Notes under the pieces: generated by a model
Seen by the model: only the letters and a program-made list of their open reading frames with translations
Told to the model about the DNA's origin: nothing
Databases searched by the model: none
Program-made: the position numbers and the translations under genes
Part shown: piece after piece, positions 20,122 to 33,057 of the stretch
Layout: each line of letters opens with the position of its first letter
Numbering within the stretch: position 1 is the stretch's first letter
DNA from: an uncultured Clostridia bacterium
GTDB lineage: Bacteria > Bacillota > Clostridia > TANB77 > CAG-508
Assembly: GCA_934167495.1 (NCBI GenBank)
Contig: CAKPKP010000006.1
Coordinates: 10,789 to 74,788 of the forward strand
DNA length: 64,000 nucleotides
Direction of reading: 5' to 3'

Positions 20122-21117
20122 ATGAAAGATATACTAGTACTTGGAATAGAATCAAGTTGTGATGAGACTTCAGTTGCTGTTGTAAAAAATGGTAGAGAAG
20201 TTCTTTCTAATGTTATCAACTCACAAATAAAAATACATGAAGAATATGGAGGAGTAGTACCAGAGATTGCTTCAAGATGCCATACAGAAGTTATAAATCA
20301 AGTAATGAAACAGTCTTTAAAAGAAGCTAATGTAACTTTAGATGATATTGATGTTATAGCAACTACATATGGACCAGGGCTTGTTGGTGCATTACTTGTA
20401 GGAGTTTCATATGCCAAAGGATTAAGTTTTGCAAGTAATAAACCTTTAGTAGGTGTTAATCATATAGAAGGTCATATTGCTGGAAATTATATTACTCATA
20501 AAGAATTAGAGCCTAAGTTTTTAGCATTAATAATTTCTGGCGGACATACACATTTAGTATTAGTTAATGATTATAATAACTATGAAATATTAGGAAAAAC
20601 TAGAGATGATGCTATAGGAGAAGCTTTTGATAAGGTAGCAAGAGTTGTTGGACTTGGATATCCAGGAGGACCAAAAGTAGACAAGCTTGCAAAAGAAGGC
20701 AAAGCAAATATAGAACTTCCAATTACTCATTTTGATAATTTAGATTTTAGTTTTAGTGGAATAAAGACAGCAATTATAAATTTACATCATAAAAATCCTG
20801 ATATAAATAAAGCTGATTTATGTGCAAGTTTTGAAAATGCTGCAACACAAATGCTTTTAAATAATGTAAAAAAAGCAATAAAAGAATACAATATAGATAA
20901 AATTGCTTTAGCAGGAGGCGTATCTGCTAATTCTTATATAAGAACGGAATTCGATAAATTTGCCAAAAGAGAAAATATAAAATTATATTATCCAGAACCA
21001 ATATTATGCACAGATAATGCAGCGATGATAGCATCAGTAGGATATTATAATTATATTGCAGGAAAAAGAGCAGATTTAACATTAAATGCAAAACCAAATT
21101 TAAAAATAGGAGAATAA
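20122..21117 (+). CDS. tsaD: tRNA N6-adenosine threonylcarbamoyltransferase TsaD
   Basis: [16 protein letters not shown]-terminus, typical of the Kae1/TsaD family. Confidence 0.9.
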   Translation: MKDILVLGIESSCDETSVAVVKNGREVLSNVINSQIKIHEEYGGVVPEIASRCHTEVINQVMKQSLKEANVTLDDIDVIATTYGPGLVGALLVGVSYAKGLSFASNKPLVGVNHIEGHIAGNYITHKELEPKFLALIISGGHTHLVLVNDYNNYEILGKTRDDAIGEAFDKVARVVGLGYPGGPKVDKLAKEGKANIELPITHFDNLDFSFSGIKTAIINLHHKNPDINKADLCASFENAATQMLLNNVKKAIKEYNIDKIALAGGVSANSYIRTEFDKFAKRENIKLYYPEPILCTDNAAMIASVGYYNYIAGKRADLTLNAKPNLKIGE

Positions 21118-21120
21118 TAT

Positions 21121-21828
21121 ATGGCAATATATGCAATAGGCGATTTACATTTATCTTTTGGAACAAATAAACCAATGGATATATTTGGTTACAATTGGGA
21201 CAAACATGACCAAAAGATAAAAAAAAGTTGGATGGAAAAAGTAAAAGATAATGATACAGTTTTACTTCTTGGGGATTTTTCATGGGCGATGTATTTAGAA
21301 GAAACATTTGAAGATTTTAAATATTTATGCTCAATGCCAGGAAAAAAGATAATGCTAAAAGGAAATCATGATTACTGGTGGTCAACACTTGCTAAAATGC
21401 ATAGTTATTTAAAAAATAATGAATTTGAAAATATAGATTTTATACAAAATAATAGTTTTTTAGTAGAAAATAAAATTGTATGTGGTACAAGAGGTTGGGT
21501 AAATGTAAATAATAAAGAGAATTATCCAATATTAAGAAGAGAAAATTTAAGATTAGAGATGTCAATACAAGATGGAATAAAAAAATATGGTGATGATAAA
21601 GAAATAATAATATGTATGCATTATCCACCTTTTAATAAAGAAAAATATATTCCTGATGAAATTAACTTTGTAAAAACAATGCAAAAATATAATGTAAAAT
21701 ATTGTTTATATGGACATTTACATGGAGAAGCACATAGAGATGCTATAGAAGGAAATATAGATGGAATAGAATATAAATTGTTAAGTTCAGATTATAAAAA
21801 TTTTGAGTTAACACAAATCTATGAATAA
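21121..21828 (+). CDS. Calcineurin-like metallophosphoesterase
   Basis: GDLH…GDF…GNHD metallophosphatase motifs. Confidence 0.75.
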   Translation: MAIYAIGDLHLSFGTNKPMDIFGYNWDKHDQKIKKSWMEKVKDNDTVLLLGDFSWAMYLEETFEDFKYLCSMPGKKIMLKGNHDYWWSTLAKMHSYLKNNEFENIDFIQNNSFLVENKIVCGTRGWVNVNNKENYPILRRENLRLEMSIQDGIKKYGDDKEIIICMHYPPFNKEKYIPDEINFVKTMQKYNVKYCLYGHLHGEAHRDAIEGNIDGIEYKLLSSDYKNFELTQIYE

Positions 21829-21860
21829 TATAAACTATTTTATGATATTTGGAGGAAAGA

Positions 21861-23673
21861 ATGAAAGATCAAGAACTTATTAGAAATTTTAGTATAATAG
21901 CACATATAGATCATGGAAAATCAACTTTAGCAGATAGAATAATAGAGATGACAGGTGTTTTAACATCAAGAGAAATGGAAAGTCAGGTTTTGGACAATAT
22001 GGACATAGAAAGAGAAAGAGGAATAACTATAAAATCTCAAGCTGTAAGAATGAATTATAAAGCTAAAGATGGAAAAACATATGTATTTAATTTAATAGAT
22101 ACACCAGGACATGTTGATTTTAATTATGAAGTATCAAGAAGTTTAGCAGCATGTGAAGGTGCAATTCTTATAGTTGATAGTAGTCAAGGAGTAGAAGCTC
22201 AAACTTTAGCAAATGTGTACTTAGCATTAGATAATAATTTAGAGGTTGTTCCTGTAATAAATAAAATAGATTTACCAAATGCAAGACCTGATGAAGTAAA
22301 ACAAGAAATAGAAGATATTATAGGAATTCCAGCAATGGATGCTCCATGTATATCTGCAAAATCTGGTCTTAATGTAGATCAAGTACTAGAGAAAATAGTG
22401 ACAGATATACCAGCACCTAAAGGAGATGTAAATGGAAAACTAAAATGTTTAATATTTGATTCTTTTTATGATAATTACAAAGGTGCAATAAGTTATGTAA
22501 GAATAAAAGAAGGAACTGTAAAAGCAGGGGATGAAATATTATTCATGGCAACAGGAAAAAGCTTTGTTGTAACAGAAGTTGGATATTTTGGAGCAGGAGA
22601 ATATATTCCAAGTAAAGAACTTTTTGCAGGTGAGGTTCGGTTATATTGCTGCAAGTGTTAAGAATGTATCAGATTTACATGTCGGAGATACAATAACTCA
22701 TAAATCAAATCCAGCAGATGAAGCTCTTCCAGGATATAAAAAAGCAAATTCTATGGTATATTGTGGAATGTATCCAGTAGATGGAAGTGAATATGAAAAT
22801 TTAAAAGTTGCATTAGAAAAATTAAAACTTAATGACGCAGCTTTAGAATATGAACCAGAAACATCAGTAGCTTTAGGATTTGGATTTAGATGTGGATTTT
22901 TAGGTTTATTACATTTAGAAATTGTTATAGAAAGATTAGAAAGAGAATTTGATATAGGACTTATTACTACTGCACCATCTGTTATATATAAAGTGCATAA
23001 AACTGATGGAACTGTTTTAGAATTATATAACCCTACAGATTTGCCAACAACTCAAGAAATAAGTTATATAGAAGAACCTATTATGAAAGCACAAATAATG
23101 CTTCCAAAAGAATTTGTTGGAAATGTAATGGAAATATGCCAAAATCGTAGAGGCGTATATTTAGATATGAAATACCTAGACGAAAATAGAGTTGTATTAG
23201 AATATGATTTACCATTAAATGAAATTATATATGACTTTTTCGATACGTTGAAATCTAAAACAAAAGGTTATGCTTCTGTTGACTATGAGTTCAAAGAATA
23301 TAGAAGATCAGAATTAGTGAAATTAGATATATATATAAACAATGAAGCGGCAGATGCACTATCATTTATAGTATATAAAGATTCTGCTTATACAAGAGGA
23401 AGAAAAATGGTTGAAAAATTAAAAACAGTAATACCAAGACAATTATTTGAAATTCCAATTCAAGCAGTAATAGGAGGAAAAATAATAGCTAGAGAAACAA
23501 TTTCAGCAATGAGGAAAGATGTTTTAGCAAAATGCTATGGTGGAGATATAACAAGAAAGAAGAAATTACTAGAAAAGCAAAAAAGAGGAAAGAAAAAAAT
23601 GAGAGAAATTGGTAGTGTTGAAGTACCACAAGAAGCATTTTTATCAATATTAAAATTAAATGATGAAGAATAG
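21861..23673 (+). pseudogene. lepA: Elongation factor 4 (LepA) interrupted by a +1 frameshift at nt 22638
   Basis: The GTPase N-terminus ([18 protein letters not shown]) is in frame 0 and ends …[11 protein letters not shown]. The rest ([20 protein letters not shown]…) is in frame +1. Deleting C22638 (gaggttCggttat) restores [13 protein letters not shown]. Confidence 0.9.
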
Positions 23674-23685
23674 TAGGGGGAAAGT

Positions 23686-24597
23686 ATGAGAGATAAAAGA
23701 GATTATTTTAATAAAAATAGAGAAGAAAAAAATTTCGGAAGAAATAGTAGAAATGAAAGAAAATTAAAAAATGACAATAAAGTAAATAGAAATGAATTTA
23801 GAAAAAATAATAAAGAGATAGAAAAAAAGAAATATCCAAGTGAAGAATTAGAAAATTCTAAAGAATATGAAGATATTGTAGAAGGAAGAAATGCTGTTTT
23901 GGAATTATTAAATTCTGAAAGAGATATAAATAAAATATTCATTCAAAAAGGAGAAAGACATGGTTCTATAAATAAAATAATAGCAATAGCAAAAGAAAAT
24001 AGAATAGTAACTGTGGAAGTTGAAAAAACTAAGTTAGATATGATGTCATCTACAAATAATCATCAAGGAGTAATTGCTGTAGTTCCTCCATTTAATTATG
24101 TAGAAGTAGAAGATATATTAGACTATGCAAAACAAAAGAAAGAAAGTCCATTTATTTTAATATTAGATGGAATAGAAGATCCTCATAATTTAGGTTCAAT
24201 AATAAGAACTGCCGAAACAGCAGGCGTACATGGAATAATAATTCCAAAAAGAAGAACTGCACAAGTAAATAGTACAGTTAGCAAAGTTTCAGCAGGAGCT
24301 GTTGAACATATGAAAATAGCTAGAGTAAGCAATATAAATGATACAATAAGAAAATTAAAGGAAGAAGGATTATGGATAATAGGAACAGATATGGAAGGAA
24401 AAACAAAATACTATAATCAAGATTTTACTGGACCTATTGCTATAATAATTGGAAGTGAAGGCTTTGGTATGAGTAGATTAGTTAAAGAAAATGCAGATAT
24501 CTTAGTAAATATACCAATGAAAGGAAAAATAACATCTCTAAATGCCTCTGTATCAGCAGGAATAGTAATATATGAAGCATTAAAACAAAGAAATTAA
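23686..24597 (+). CDS. rlmB: 23S rRNA (Gm2251) 2'-O-methyltransferase RlmB with an N-terminal K/R/E-rich extension
   Basis: SpoU/TrmH motifs (LILDGIEDPHNLGSIIRTAE…). About 100 N-terminal residues are basic low-complexity. Confidence 0.85.
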   Translation: MRDKRDYFNKNREEKNFGRNSRNERKLKNDNKVNRNEFRKNNKEIEKKKYPSEELENSKEYEDIVEGRNAVLELLNSERDINKIFIQKGERHGSINKIIAIAKENRIVTVEVEKTKLDMMSSTNNHQGVIAVVPPFNYVEVEDILDYAKQKKESPFILILDGIEDPHNLGSIIRTAETAGVHGIIIPKRRTAQVNSTVSKVSAGAVEHMKIARVSNINDTIRKLKEEGLWIIGTDMEGKTKYYNQDFTGPIAIIIGSEGFGMSRLVKENADILVNIPMKGKITSLNASVSAGIVIYEALKQRN

Positions 24598-24705
24598 AAT
24601 GTTTCAATAATTTATAATTATGATTACAAAAGTATTACAACCATTGAAATAGGATTATATAAAGTATATACTAAAATTATATTTATATAAGTGGAGGATT
24701 AGTTA

Positions 24706-24867
24706 TGGAAGAAAAATTTGGAACTGTAATGATAGATGGTAAATTAATAAATATTGACAACCTTTCTTTAGAAGAATTGGAAAAATTAAAACAACAAGTA
24801 GATGAGAAAGAAAAAAACATAAGAAAAAAATTAAATAAAGTGCTAGACACAGATAACGAAAGATAGA
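24706..24867 (+). CDS. Unlisted small ORF (53 aa) encoding a charged helical protein
   Basis: GTGGAGGATTAGTT-ATG. It translates as MEEKFGTVMIDGKLINIDNLSLEELEKLKQQVDEKEKNIRKKLNKVLDTDNER* and sits just upstream of the 24884 gene. Confidence 0.4.
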
Positions 24868-24883
24868 AGGAAGGAAATGAGGT

Positions 24884-26230
24884 ATGGAACCAAATGATAA
24901 AAACAAAACTGGAAAAGAAGTACTAGAGTTATTAAAAGAATTAGCTGAAGTTCAATCAACAAAAGCACTTTTATCAGCTAAAATATTTGTTGAAAAAGGA
25001 AAACAAAAAGTTGATGAAAAAGTTGGAAATTTAAAACAATCTATATTAGATCAAGCAAAACTATATGGTCAAAAAGCTGATAAAGTAATAAAAGAGTATG
25101 AGTTAAATTCAGTTGAAAGAAATACTATATTAGGTGAATACAAAAGTGTATTAGACGAGATAAATAAAAAATACGAAGAACCTTTGAAAATAGCCATAGC
25201 TGAAAAAAATGAATTTGAAGAATGGGAAGCAGATGATATGGCAGAACAATCATTTTTTCAAGATAGAAAAAATGATATAAAAGAAAGCGAAGGTTATAAA
25301 GAGTATTCTAAAAAGAGAGAAATACTAGTAAAAGAAATAAAAAGTGATTTAGACAAAGGAAATTTTGAAGAAGCTAAGCTTAAAACTGATGCATTAAAAG
25401 AATTTGATGTTAATCCAAATGAAAATCCAGCAGTTTACTATGAAGCAAAAATAAAGCCTATAAAAGAAGAAAGAAAAGAATTAAAAGAAGTTATAGAATT
25501 GTGTAATAGTGAGATAGAAAAAATTACAGCAGAAAGAGATGCTGAAATAGAAAAGGTTGTAGCGGAAAGAGATAGCAAATTATTAGCTTTAAATGATAAA
25601 CAAACACCATTTAGAAGATTAGCTTTTGGAATTTTAAATAGAATAAATGGAGCAAAAAGATTTAAAGATAATGTTATAGATAAAGTTAATGATAATATAG
25701 CAATTATAAGAGATGAAGTTCTACCAAAAGTTGAAAAGAAAGTAGCTGAAAAATCAGAACAATTTGCTAATAAAATTATCGAAAAGAAAAATGAAATGCT
25801 AGAAGAAATGAAAGAAACAGGAGAAACTGTAAAAGAATTTTCAGAAAAAGTAAAAGGTTCTATTACAAAAACAGGAAAACAAATAGGTGAAAACTTTAAT
25901 AAAGCAAAAGACGGAGCTAGTAAAAAAATAAATGAAGGAATAGAATATGCTAAAGAAGGTGTATCTTATATTAAAGATTCTGTAGAATCTAATGTAAAAA
26001 AAGCAGGTGAAAGTGTTAAAGATACAGCTAATAATATAAGAACATCAGTTAAGGAAAATGTTATAGATAAAGGAAAACAAAGCTTTAATGATATTGTAAT
26101 GAGAGGTAGAAATGCTAAAATAAATGTATTACAAAAACTAAATGATTCAATTCAAAATTCTATAGATAAAAGTATAGAAAAAAATAATCAAATGAAAGCA
26201 AAAGGATTAGTTACAAATGAAGGAAGATAA
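24884..26230 (+). CDS. Hypothetical coiled-coil protein, Lys/Glu-rich
   Basis: 448 aa, predicted helical throughout, with no catalytic motif. Confidence 0.5.
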   Translation: MEPNDKNKTGKEVLELLKELAEVQSTKALLSAKIFVEKGKQKVDEKVGNLKQSILDQAKLYGQKADKVIKEYELNSVERNTILGEYKSVLDEINKKYEEPLKIAIAEKNEFEEWEADDMAEQSFFQDRKNDIKESEGYKEYSKKREILVKEIKSDLDKGNFEEAKLKTDALKEFDVNPNENPAVYYEAKIKPIKEERKELKEVIELCNSEIEKITAERDAEIEKVVAERDSKLLALNDKQTPFRRLAFGILNRINGAKRFKDNVIDKVNDNIAIIRDEVLPKVEKKVAEKSEQFANKIIEKKNEMLEEMKETGETVKEFSEKVKGSITKTGKQIGENFNKAKDGASKKINEGIEYAKEGVSYIKDSVESNVKKAGESVKDTANNIRTSVKENVIDKGKQSFNDIVMRGRNAKINVLQKLNDSIQNSIDKSIEKNNQMKAKGLVTNEGR

Positions 26231-26299
26231 AATTTATATGTAAAAACTATTGCAATATGTTTTACAAAGTGTTAAAATAAATGTATTGAATTTGTGAGA

Positions 26300-26350
26300 G
26301 AAAACAGATTAAAAAAAAACTCTTTTTTAGTCTGTTTTTTTTCTTTTTTG
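26300..26350 (+). terminator. Strong hairpin with a T-tract between the 24884 gene and the pyrG promoter
   Basis: AAAACAGATTAAAAAA…TTTTTTAGTCTGTTTT forms a stem of about 16 bp followed by TTTTTTCTTTTTT. A TTGAAA…TATAAT promoter lies downstream. Confidence 0.55.
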
Positions 26351-26392
26351 AAAAATATAGTAAAATGAAATTATAATAATGGAGGTAGTAAA

Positions 26393-27991
26393 ATGAACAC
26401 AAAATATGTTTTCGTAACAGGAGGAGTAGTATCAGGATTAGGAAAAGGAATAACGGCAGCATCTTTAGGTAGATTATTAAAAAATAGAGGATACAAAGTT
26501 GCAAATCAAAAATTTGATCCATACATAAATGTAGACCCAGGAACAATGAGTCCATATGAACATGGAGAGGTTTTTGTAACAGATGATGGAGCGGAAACAG
26601 ATTTGGATTTAGGACATTATGAAAGATTTACAGATGAAAGTTTAACAAGAAATTCAAGTGTAACATCAGGAAGAATATATCAAAATGTAATAAATAAAGA
26701 ACGTAAAGGAGATTATTTAGGAAAAACAGTACAAGTTATACCACATGTTACAAATGAAATAAAAGATAATATATATAGTTTTGAAAACACAGATGTAGAT
26801 ATAGTAATAACAGAATTAGGTGGTACAGTAGGAGATATAGAGGGATTAGCTTTAATAGAAGCTATAAGACAAGTTGGATTAGAAAAAGCTCCAGAAGATG
26901 TTATATATATTCATGTTACATTACTTCCATATATATCAGGGTCATGTGAATTAAAATCAAAACCTACACAACACTCTGTAAAAGAATTACAATCTTTTGG
27001 TATAAAACCAGATGTTTTAGTTTGTAGAAGTGAAACTAACATACCAGATGATATGAGATATAAAATAGCTTTATTCTGTAATGTAAGACCAGAAAACGTA
27101 ATTCCAAATTATACAGCAGATAATTTATATGAAGTACCTTTATTATTAGAAAAAGAAGGATTAGCAAATGTTGTTTGTGAACATTTAAAATTAGAGAAAA
27201 AGAAACCAGATAACTCAAAATGGGAAGAAATGATAAAAAGAGCAAAGTCATCAAAAGGAGAAGTTAAAGTAGCAATAGTAGGAAAATATATGCAGTTACA
27301 AGATTCATATCTTTCAGTTACAGAAAGCTTAAAACACGGTGGAGTAGCAAATGAAGTAAAAGTTAATATTAGTTTTATAGATTCAGAAAATTTAAATGAT
27401 GAAAATGTAAAATCTGTATTAGGAAAGTTTAATGGAATTGTAGTTCCAGGAGGATTTGGCAGTAGAGGTGTAGACGGAATGATTACAGCTATAAAATATG
27501 CTAGAGAAAGTAATACACCATTTTTGGGAATTTGTTTAGGAATGCAAACAGCAGTTATTGAATTTGCAAGAGATGTTTTAAAACTATCAGATGCAAACTC
27601 AACAGAATTTGATAAGAAAACAAAAAATCCAGTTATTCATCTTATGGAAGAACAAAAAGGTGTTGTGAAGAAAGGTGGAACTATGAGACTTGGAGCATAT
27701 CCATGTGTTATAAAAGAGAATACAAAAGCTTTTGAAATTTATGGACAAAAAGAAATTTCAGAAAGACATAGACATAGATTTGAATTTAATAATGACTATA
27801 AAGCAGAATTAGAAAAAGCAGGTCTTATATGTTCAGGAACTTCACCTGATGTAGAGTTAGTGGAAATAGTAGAATATAAGAAACACCCATTCTTTATTGC
27901 AGGTCAATTCCACCCAGAATTTAAATCAAGACCAGACAGACCATCTCCATTGTTTAGAGATTTCATAAAAGCAGCACAAAGAAAAATATAA
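26393..27991 (+). CDS. pyrG: CTP synthase
   Basis: [17 protein letters not shown]-terminus plus the C-terminal glutamine amidotransferase domain (GICLGMQ). Confidence 0.95.
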   Translation: MNTKYVFVTGGVVSGLGKGITAASLGRLLKNRGYKVANQKFDPYINVDPGTMSPYEHGEVFVTDDGAETDLDLGHYERFTDESLTRNSSVTSGRIYQNVINKERKGDYLGKTVQVIPHVTNEIKDNIYSFENTDVDIVITELGGTVGDIEGLALIEAIRQVGLEKAPEDVIYIHVTLLPYISGSCELKSKPTQHSVKELQSFGIKPDVLVCRSETNIPDDMRYKIALFCNVRPENVIPNYTADNLYEVPLLLEKEGLANVVCEHLKLEKKKPDNSKWEEMIKRAKSSKGEVKVAIVGKYMQLQDSYLSVTESLKHGGVANEVKVNISFIDSENLNDENVKSVLGKFNGIVVPGGFGSRGVDGMITAIKYARESNTPFLGICLGMQTAVIEFARDVLKLSDANSTEFDKKTKNPVIHLMEEQKGVVKKGGTMRLGAYPCVIKENTKAFEIYGQKEISERHRHRFEFNNDYKAELEKAGLICSGTSPDVELVEIVEYKKHPFFIAGQFHPEFKSRPDRPSPLFRDFIKAAQRKI

Positions 27992-28120
27992 ATATATATT
28001 ACATATTTATCTAATAAGAAATTTTGAGAAGCTTCCTATTAGATGCAAAAGTTTCAAAATAAAAAAAATTTTGAAACTTTTTTTAGATTTAAATTGTGTT
28101 ATAGATATAGGAGGGGAAAG

Positions 28121-28612
28121 ATGTACATATTACCTGAACAAAAAAATAAATATATTGAAGATATGATAAATACATACTCAGATTTAGTTTATAGGTTAGC
28201 AATAACTAGATGTAAAAATAAAGAAAATGCAGAAGATATTTTTCAGGAGGTTTTTCTGATTTTTAATAAAAAACTGCCAACTTTTGAATCAGAAGAACAT
28301 GCGAAGGCATGGTTTATAAGAGTAACTATAAATTGCAGTAAAAATATTATAAACTCATCTTGGAATAGAAAAACCACAGAATTAGATGAAAATATAGAAT
28401 TTGCAACAAAAGAGAATCATGATGTATTTTATGAGGTCTTGAAATTACCAAAGAATTATAAGACAGTAGTATATTTGCATTATTATGAGGGATATAAGAT
28501 TTTTGAAATAAGTAAGCTATTAAATAAAAAAGAATCAACAATAAAAACCTGGATGTTAAGGGCAAGAAAAATTTTAGAGAAAAATTTAAAAGGAGGTTTT
28601 GATGATGAATAG
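28121..28612 (+). CDS. ECF-type sigma-70 family RNA polymerase sigma factor
   Basis: Region 2 (IFQEVFLIFNKK…) and region 4 HTH (…EISKLLNKKESTIKTWMLRARKIL). GGAGGGG lies upstream of the ATG at 28121. Confidence 0.8.
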   Translation: MYILPEQKNKYIEDMINTYSDLVYRLAITRCKNKENAEDIFQEVFLIFNKKLPTFESEEHAKAWFIRVTINCSKNIINSSWNRKTTELDENIEFATKENHDVFYEVLKLPKNYKTVVYLHYYEGYKIFEISKLLNKKESTIKTWMLRARKILEKNLKGGFDDE

Positions 28613-30563
28613 TAAGAATTATAAAGATGCGATGGATAATGTAAAAGCAAGTGAAAAGTTAAAAAAAGAAACTTTATCTAAAATCACTACTAAGAAAAAG
28701 TATGGATTTACTATATTCAAGATAGTATCTATAATGTGTATATTTTTATTTGTATTTGCAATTGCTAAAAATAATAATAGAAAACCTGATATTGTTATGA
28801 ATGAGGAAGATAAATATGTTAAATTAGCAACAGAAGATAATATAAAACTACCAACTGTAGATTCTTATGAAAAATTAGTAGAATTATTAGATAAAAATAG
28901 AGAGGAAGTAATTTATTATACTGAAAGAGAAACTAAAGTAGAATCTGTTATGGATACAGCAACAAATTCAAGCAATGAGGAGAAAAATTATTCAGAAACT
29001 AATACTCAAGTGAAAGGTGTAGATGAAGCTGATATAGTTAAAACAGACGGAAAAAACATATATTATGTTGTTAAAGAATATAATGGATATGGGATTGCTA
29101 TAATTAATGTAAACACAAATGAAAAGGTAAACAAAATCGAATATGACAATAATGAAATTTATCCTTCAGAAATTTTCTTATATAAAGATAAATTAATAGT
29201 TATAGGAAATAAATATCAGAATAATAAAACTGTAATAGAAGAAACTGAAACAACAAGTAAAAGATATTTAGAATTAGCAGATGTAGCATATATAGGCAAT
29301 TCGATGACTACAATTGTTGTATATGATGTTTCAGATGTTTTAAATATAAAAGAAATAAGAAAAGTAGAAATAGAAGGAAATTATATATCATCACGAATGA
29401 TTGAAGAAAATATATATGTAATTTCATCAAAAGATTTATATCAATATTATTATGGAAGTTTAAGAGAAGATGAGTTGCAATCTAGATATTTAGATACAGC
29501 AATATCAGATGATTTAATATGCAAAGACTATAAAGATATATATTATTTTCCAGAAAGTGAAGAAAGTAATTATTTGAATATTGCCAGTTTTAATGTAAAT
29601 AATTTAGAAGATGCAAATGTAAAAACATTTTTAGGTGCTGGAAGTGATGTTTATTGTAGTGAGAACAATTTATATATAACGAAAACAAATTGGAATTATA
29701 AAATGATTGAAGATTCTACAGCAGAAACTAGCATATATAAAATATCTTTAAATGGAACAAAATTAGTATTAGAAGCGGAAACTAAAATACCAGGAATGAT
29801 AATAAATCAGTTTTCATTAGACGAATATAACGGAAACCTAAGAATTGCAGTTACAAAATATAATAACAATTCTTCAGAAGATACATCAAATAATCTTTAT
29901 ATTTTAGATTCTAAATTAAGTGTTATAGGTTCAATAGAAAATATGGCAGAGGGAGAAGAAATATATTCAGTAAGATTTATGGGAAATAAAGGTTATATAG
30001 TAACATTTAAACAAGTAGATCCATTGTTTGTAATAGATTTGTCAAATCCTATAAACCCAAGTGTAGTAGGTGAGTTAAAAATACCTGGATACAGTAGCTA
30101 TTTACATCCATATGATGAAAATCATATTATAGGAATTGGATATAATACTACAGAAACATCATATGGTTCAACAGTGAATGATGGTATAAAATTATCAATG
30201 TTTGATGTATCTAATCCAACAAACCCTGTAGAAATGTTTAATACTGTAATTGGTGATAAACACACAAACACGAGTGCAACATATGACCATAAAGCTGTGA
30301 TGTTTTCTAAAGAAAAAAATATAATTGCTATACCAATAGTACAATATAATAGAAAATATGAATCTAAAGCTGTTATCTATAATATAGATTTTGAAAACGG
30401 ATTTAATCAATTAGGAGAAATAGAAGAAGAATCAGATAATATAACATATAGACGTATAGAAAGAATAATATATGTTGGAAGCAATTATTATACATTTTCT
30501 AATAAATGGGTTAATGTATCTGATATGAAAACTTTTGAAACTATTAAAAATATTGAATTATAA
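28599..30563 (+). CDS. Putative anti-sigma factor fused to an extracytoplasmic beta-propeller domain
   Basis: Overlaps the sigma gene stop. Short cytoplasmic N-terminus, one TM helix (IVSIMCIFLFVFAIA), then about 580 aa resembling the COG4880/beta-propeller secreted-protein family. Confidence 0.55.
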   Translation: MMMNSKNYKDAMDNVKASEKLKKETLSKITTKKKYGFTIFKIVSIMCIFLFVFAIAKNNNRKPDIVMNEEDKYVKLATEDNIKLPTVDSYEKLVELLDKNREEVIYYTERETKVESVMDTATNSSNEEKNYSETNTQVKGVDEADIVKTDGKNIYYVVKEYNGYGIAIINVNTNEKVNKIEYDNNEIYPSEIFLYKDKLIVIGNKYQNNKTVIEETETTSKRYLELADVAYIGNSMTTIVVYDVSDVLNIKEIRKVEIEGNYISSRMIEENIYVISSKDLYQYYYGSLREDELQSRYLDTAISDDLICKDYKDIYYFPESEESNYLNIASFNVNNLEDANVKTFLGAGSDVYCSENNLYITKTNWNYKMIEDSTAETSIYKISLNGTKLVLEAETKIPGMIINQFSLDEYNGNLRIAVTKYNNNSSEDTSNNLYILDSKLSVIGSIENMAEGEEIYSVRFMGNKGYIVTFKQVDPLFVIDLSNPINPSVVGELKIPGYSSYLHPYDENHIIGIGYNTTETSYGSTVNDGIKLSMFDVSNPTNPVEMFNTVIGDKHTNTSATYDHKAVMFSKEKNIIAIPIVQYNRKYESKAVIYNIDFENGFNQLGEIEEESDNITYRRIERIIYVGSNYYTFSNKWVNVSDMKTFETIKNIEL

Positions 30564-30633
30564 GAAAGAATATGAAAAATATGTGAAAATTACAGATTAA
30601 CTATTGACAATTTAATTAAATGGGTATAAATTA

Positions 30634-30660
30634 TTAGCAGTCTTAAATAAAGATTGCTAA
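30634..30660 (+). promoter_or_regulatory. CIRCE (HrcA operator) inverted repeat upstream of groES
   Basis: TTAGCAGTC-N9-GATTGCTAA compared with the consensus TTAGCACTC-N9-GAGTGCTAA. A TTGACA -35 lies at 30604-30609. Confidence 0.8.
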
Positions 30661-30681
30661 TATTTTTTTAGGAGGTAATGA

Positions 30682-32622
<1,941 letters not shown>

Positions 32623-32665
32623 TAAATATTAAAGTATTTGTTTAATAGGAAATTCATATTAGATA

Positions 32666-32698
32666 AAAAACCCCATGGGAATTTCCCATGGGATTTTT
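32666..32698 (+). terminator. groESL rho-independent terminator
   Basis: AAAAA-CCCATGGGAA-T-TTCCCATGGG-ATTTTT, a perfect 10-bp stem. Confidence 0.85.
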
Positions 32699-32756
32699 AG
32701 GCTATATAATATGAAAGTAATGCAACTTTCATATTATATAAAATTATATTTTGGTT

Positions 32757-32876
32757 CTAGCAACAACCATTGTTGTTACCACCGCAACAACAGCATATTA
32801 TGATAAGGAATAATATTATCCATATGCAATCATTACCAAATCCAAATCCGCATCCGCAATTTCTGTTTTCTGGCAT
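32757..32876 (-). CDS. Unannotated 39-aa Cys-rich hydrophobic peptide
   Basis: The reverse complement gives AGGGGGGG-aaatgagaa-ATG. It translates as MPENRNCGCGFGFGNDCIWIILFLIIICCCCGGNNNGCC* with 9 Cys. A hairpin (ATATGAAAG…CTTTCATAT) lies downstream on that strand. Confidence 0.45.
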   Translation of the reverse strand: MPENRNCGCGFGFGNDCIWIILFLIIICCCCGGNNNGCC

Positions 32877-33057
32877 TTCTCATTTCCCCCCTTTAAAAAA
32901 GATTAAGTATTTTTGAATTTCATTAGTATGTTATATACTATTCTAAATTCGAAAAAGTGTTACAATATAAATTTAAAAAACTTTTAATAAAGTTATACAC
33001 AAAAAATATTTTTAATGATATAATACGAAAAAATAGAGAAAAATTTGGAGGATACAA

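Noticed and set aside
26300-26350. Hairpin upstream of pyrG as a CTP-sensing attenuator, as in the B. subtilis pyrG leader
   Set aside because: The hairpin lies upstream of the best pyrG promoter candidate, so it is more simply the terminator of the preceding gene. A leader attenuator cannot be excluded without 5' end data.
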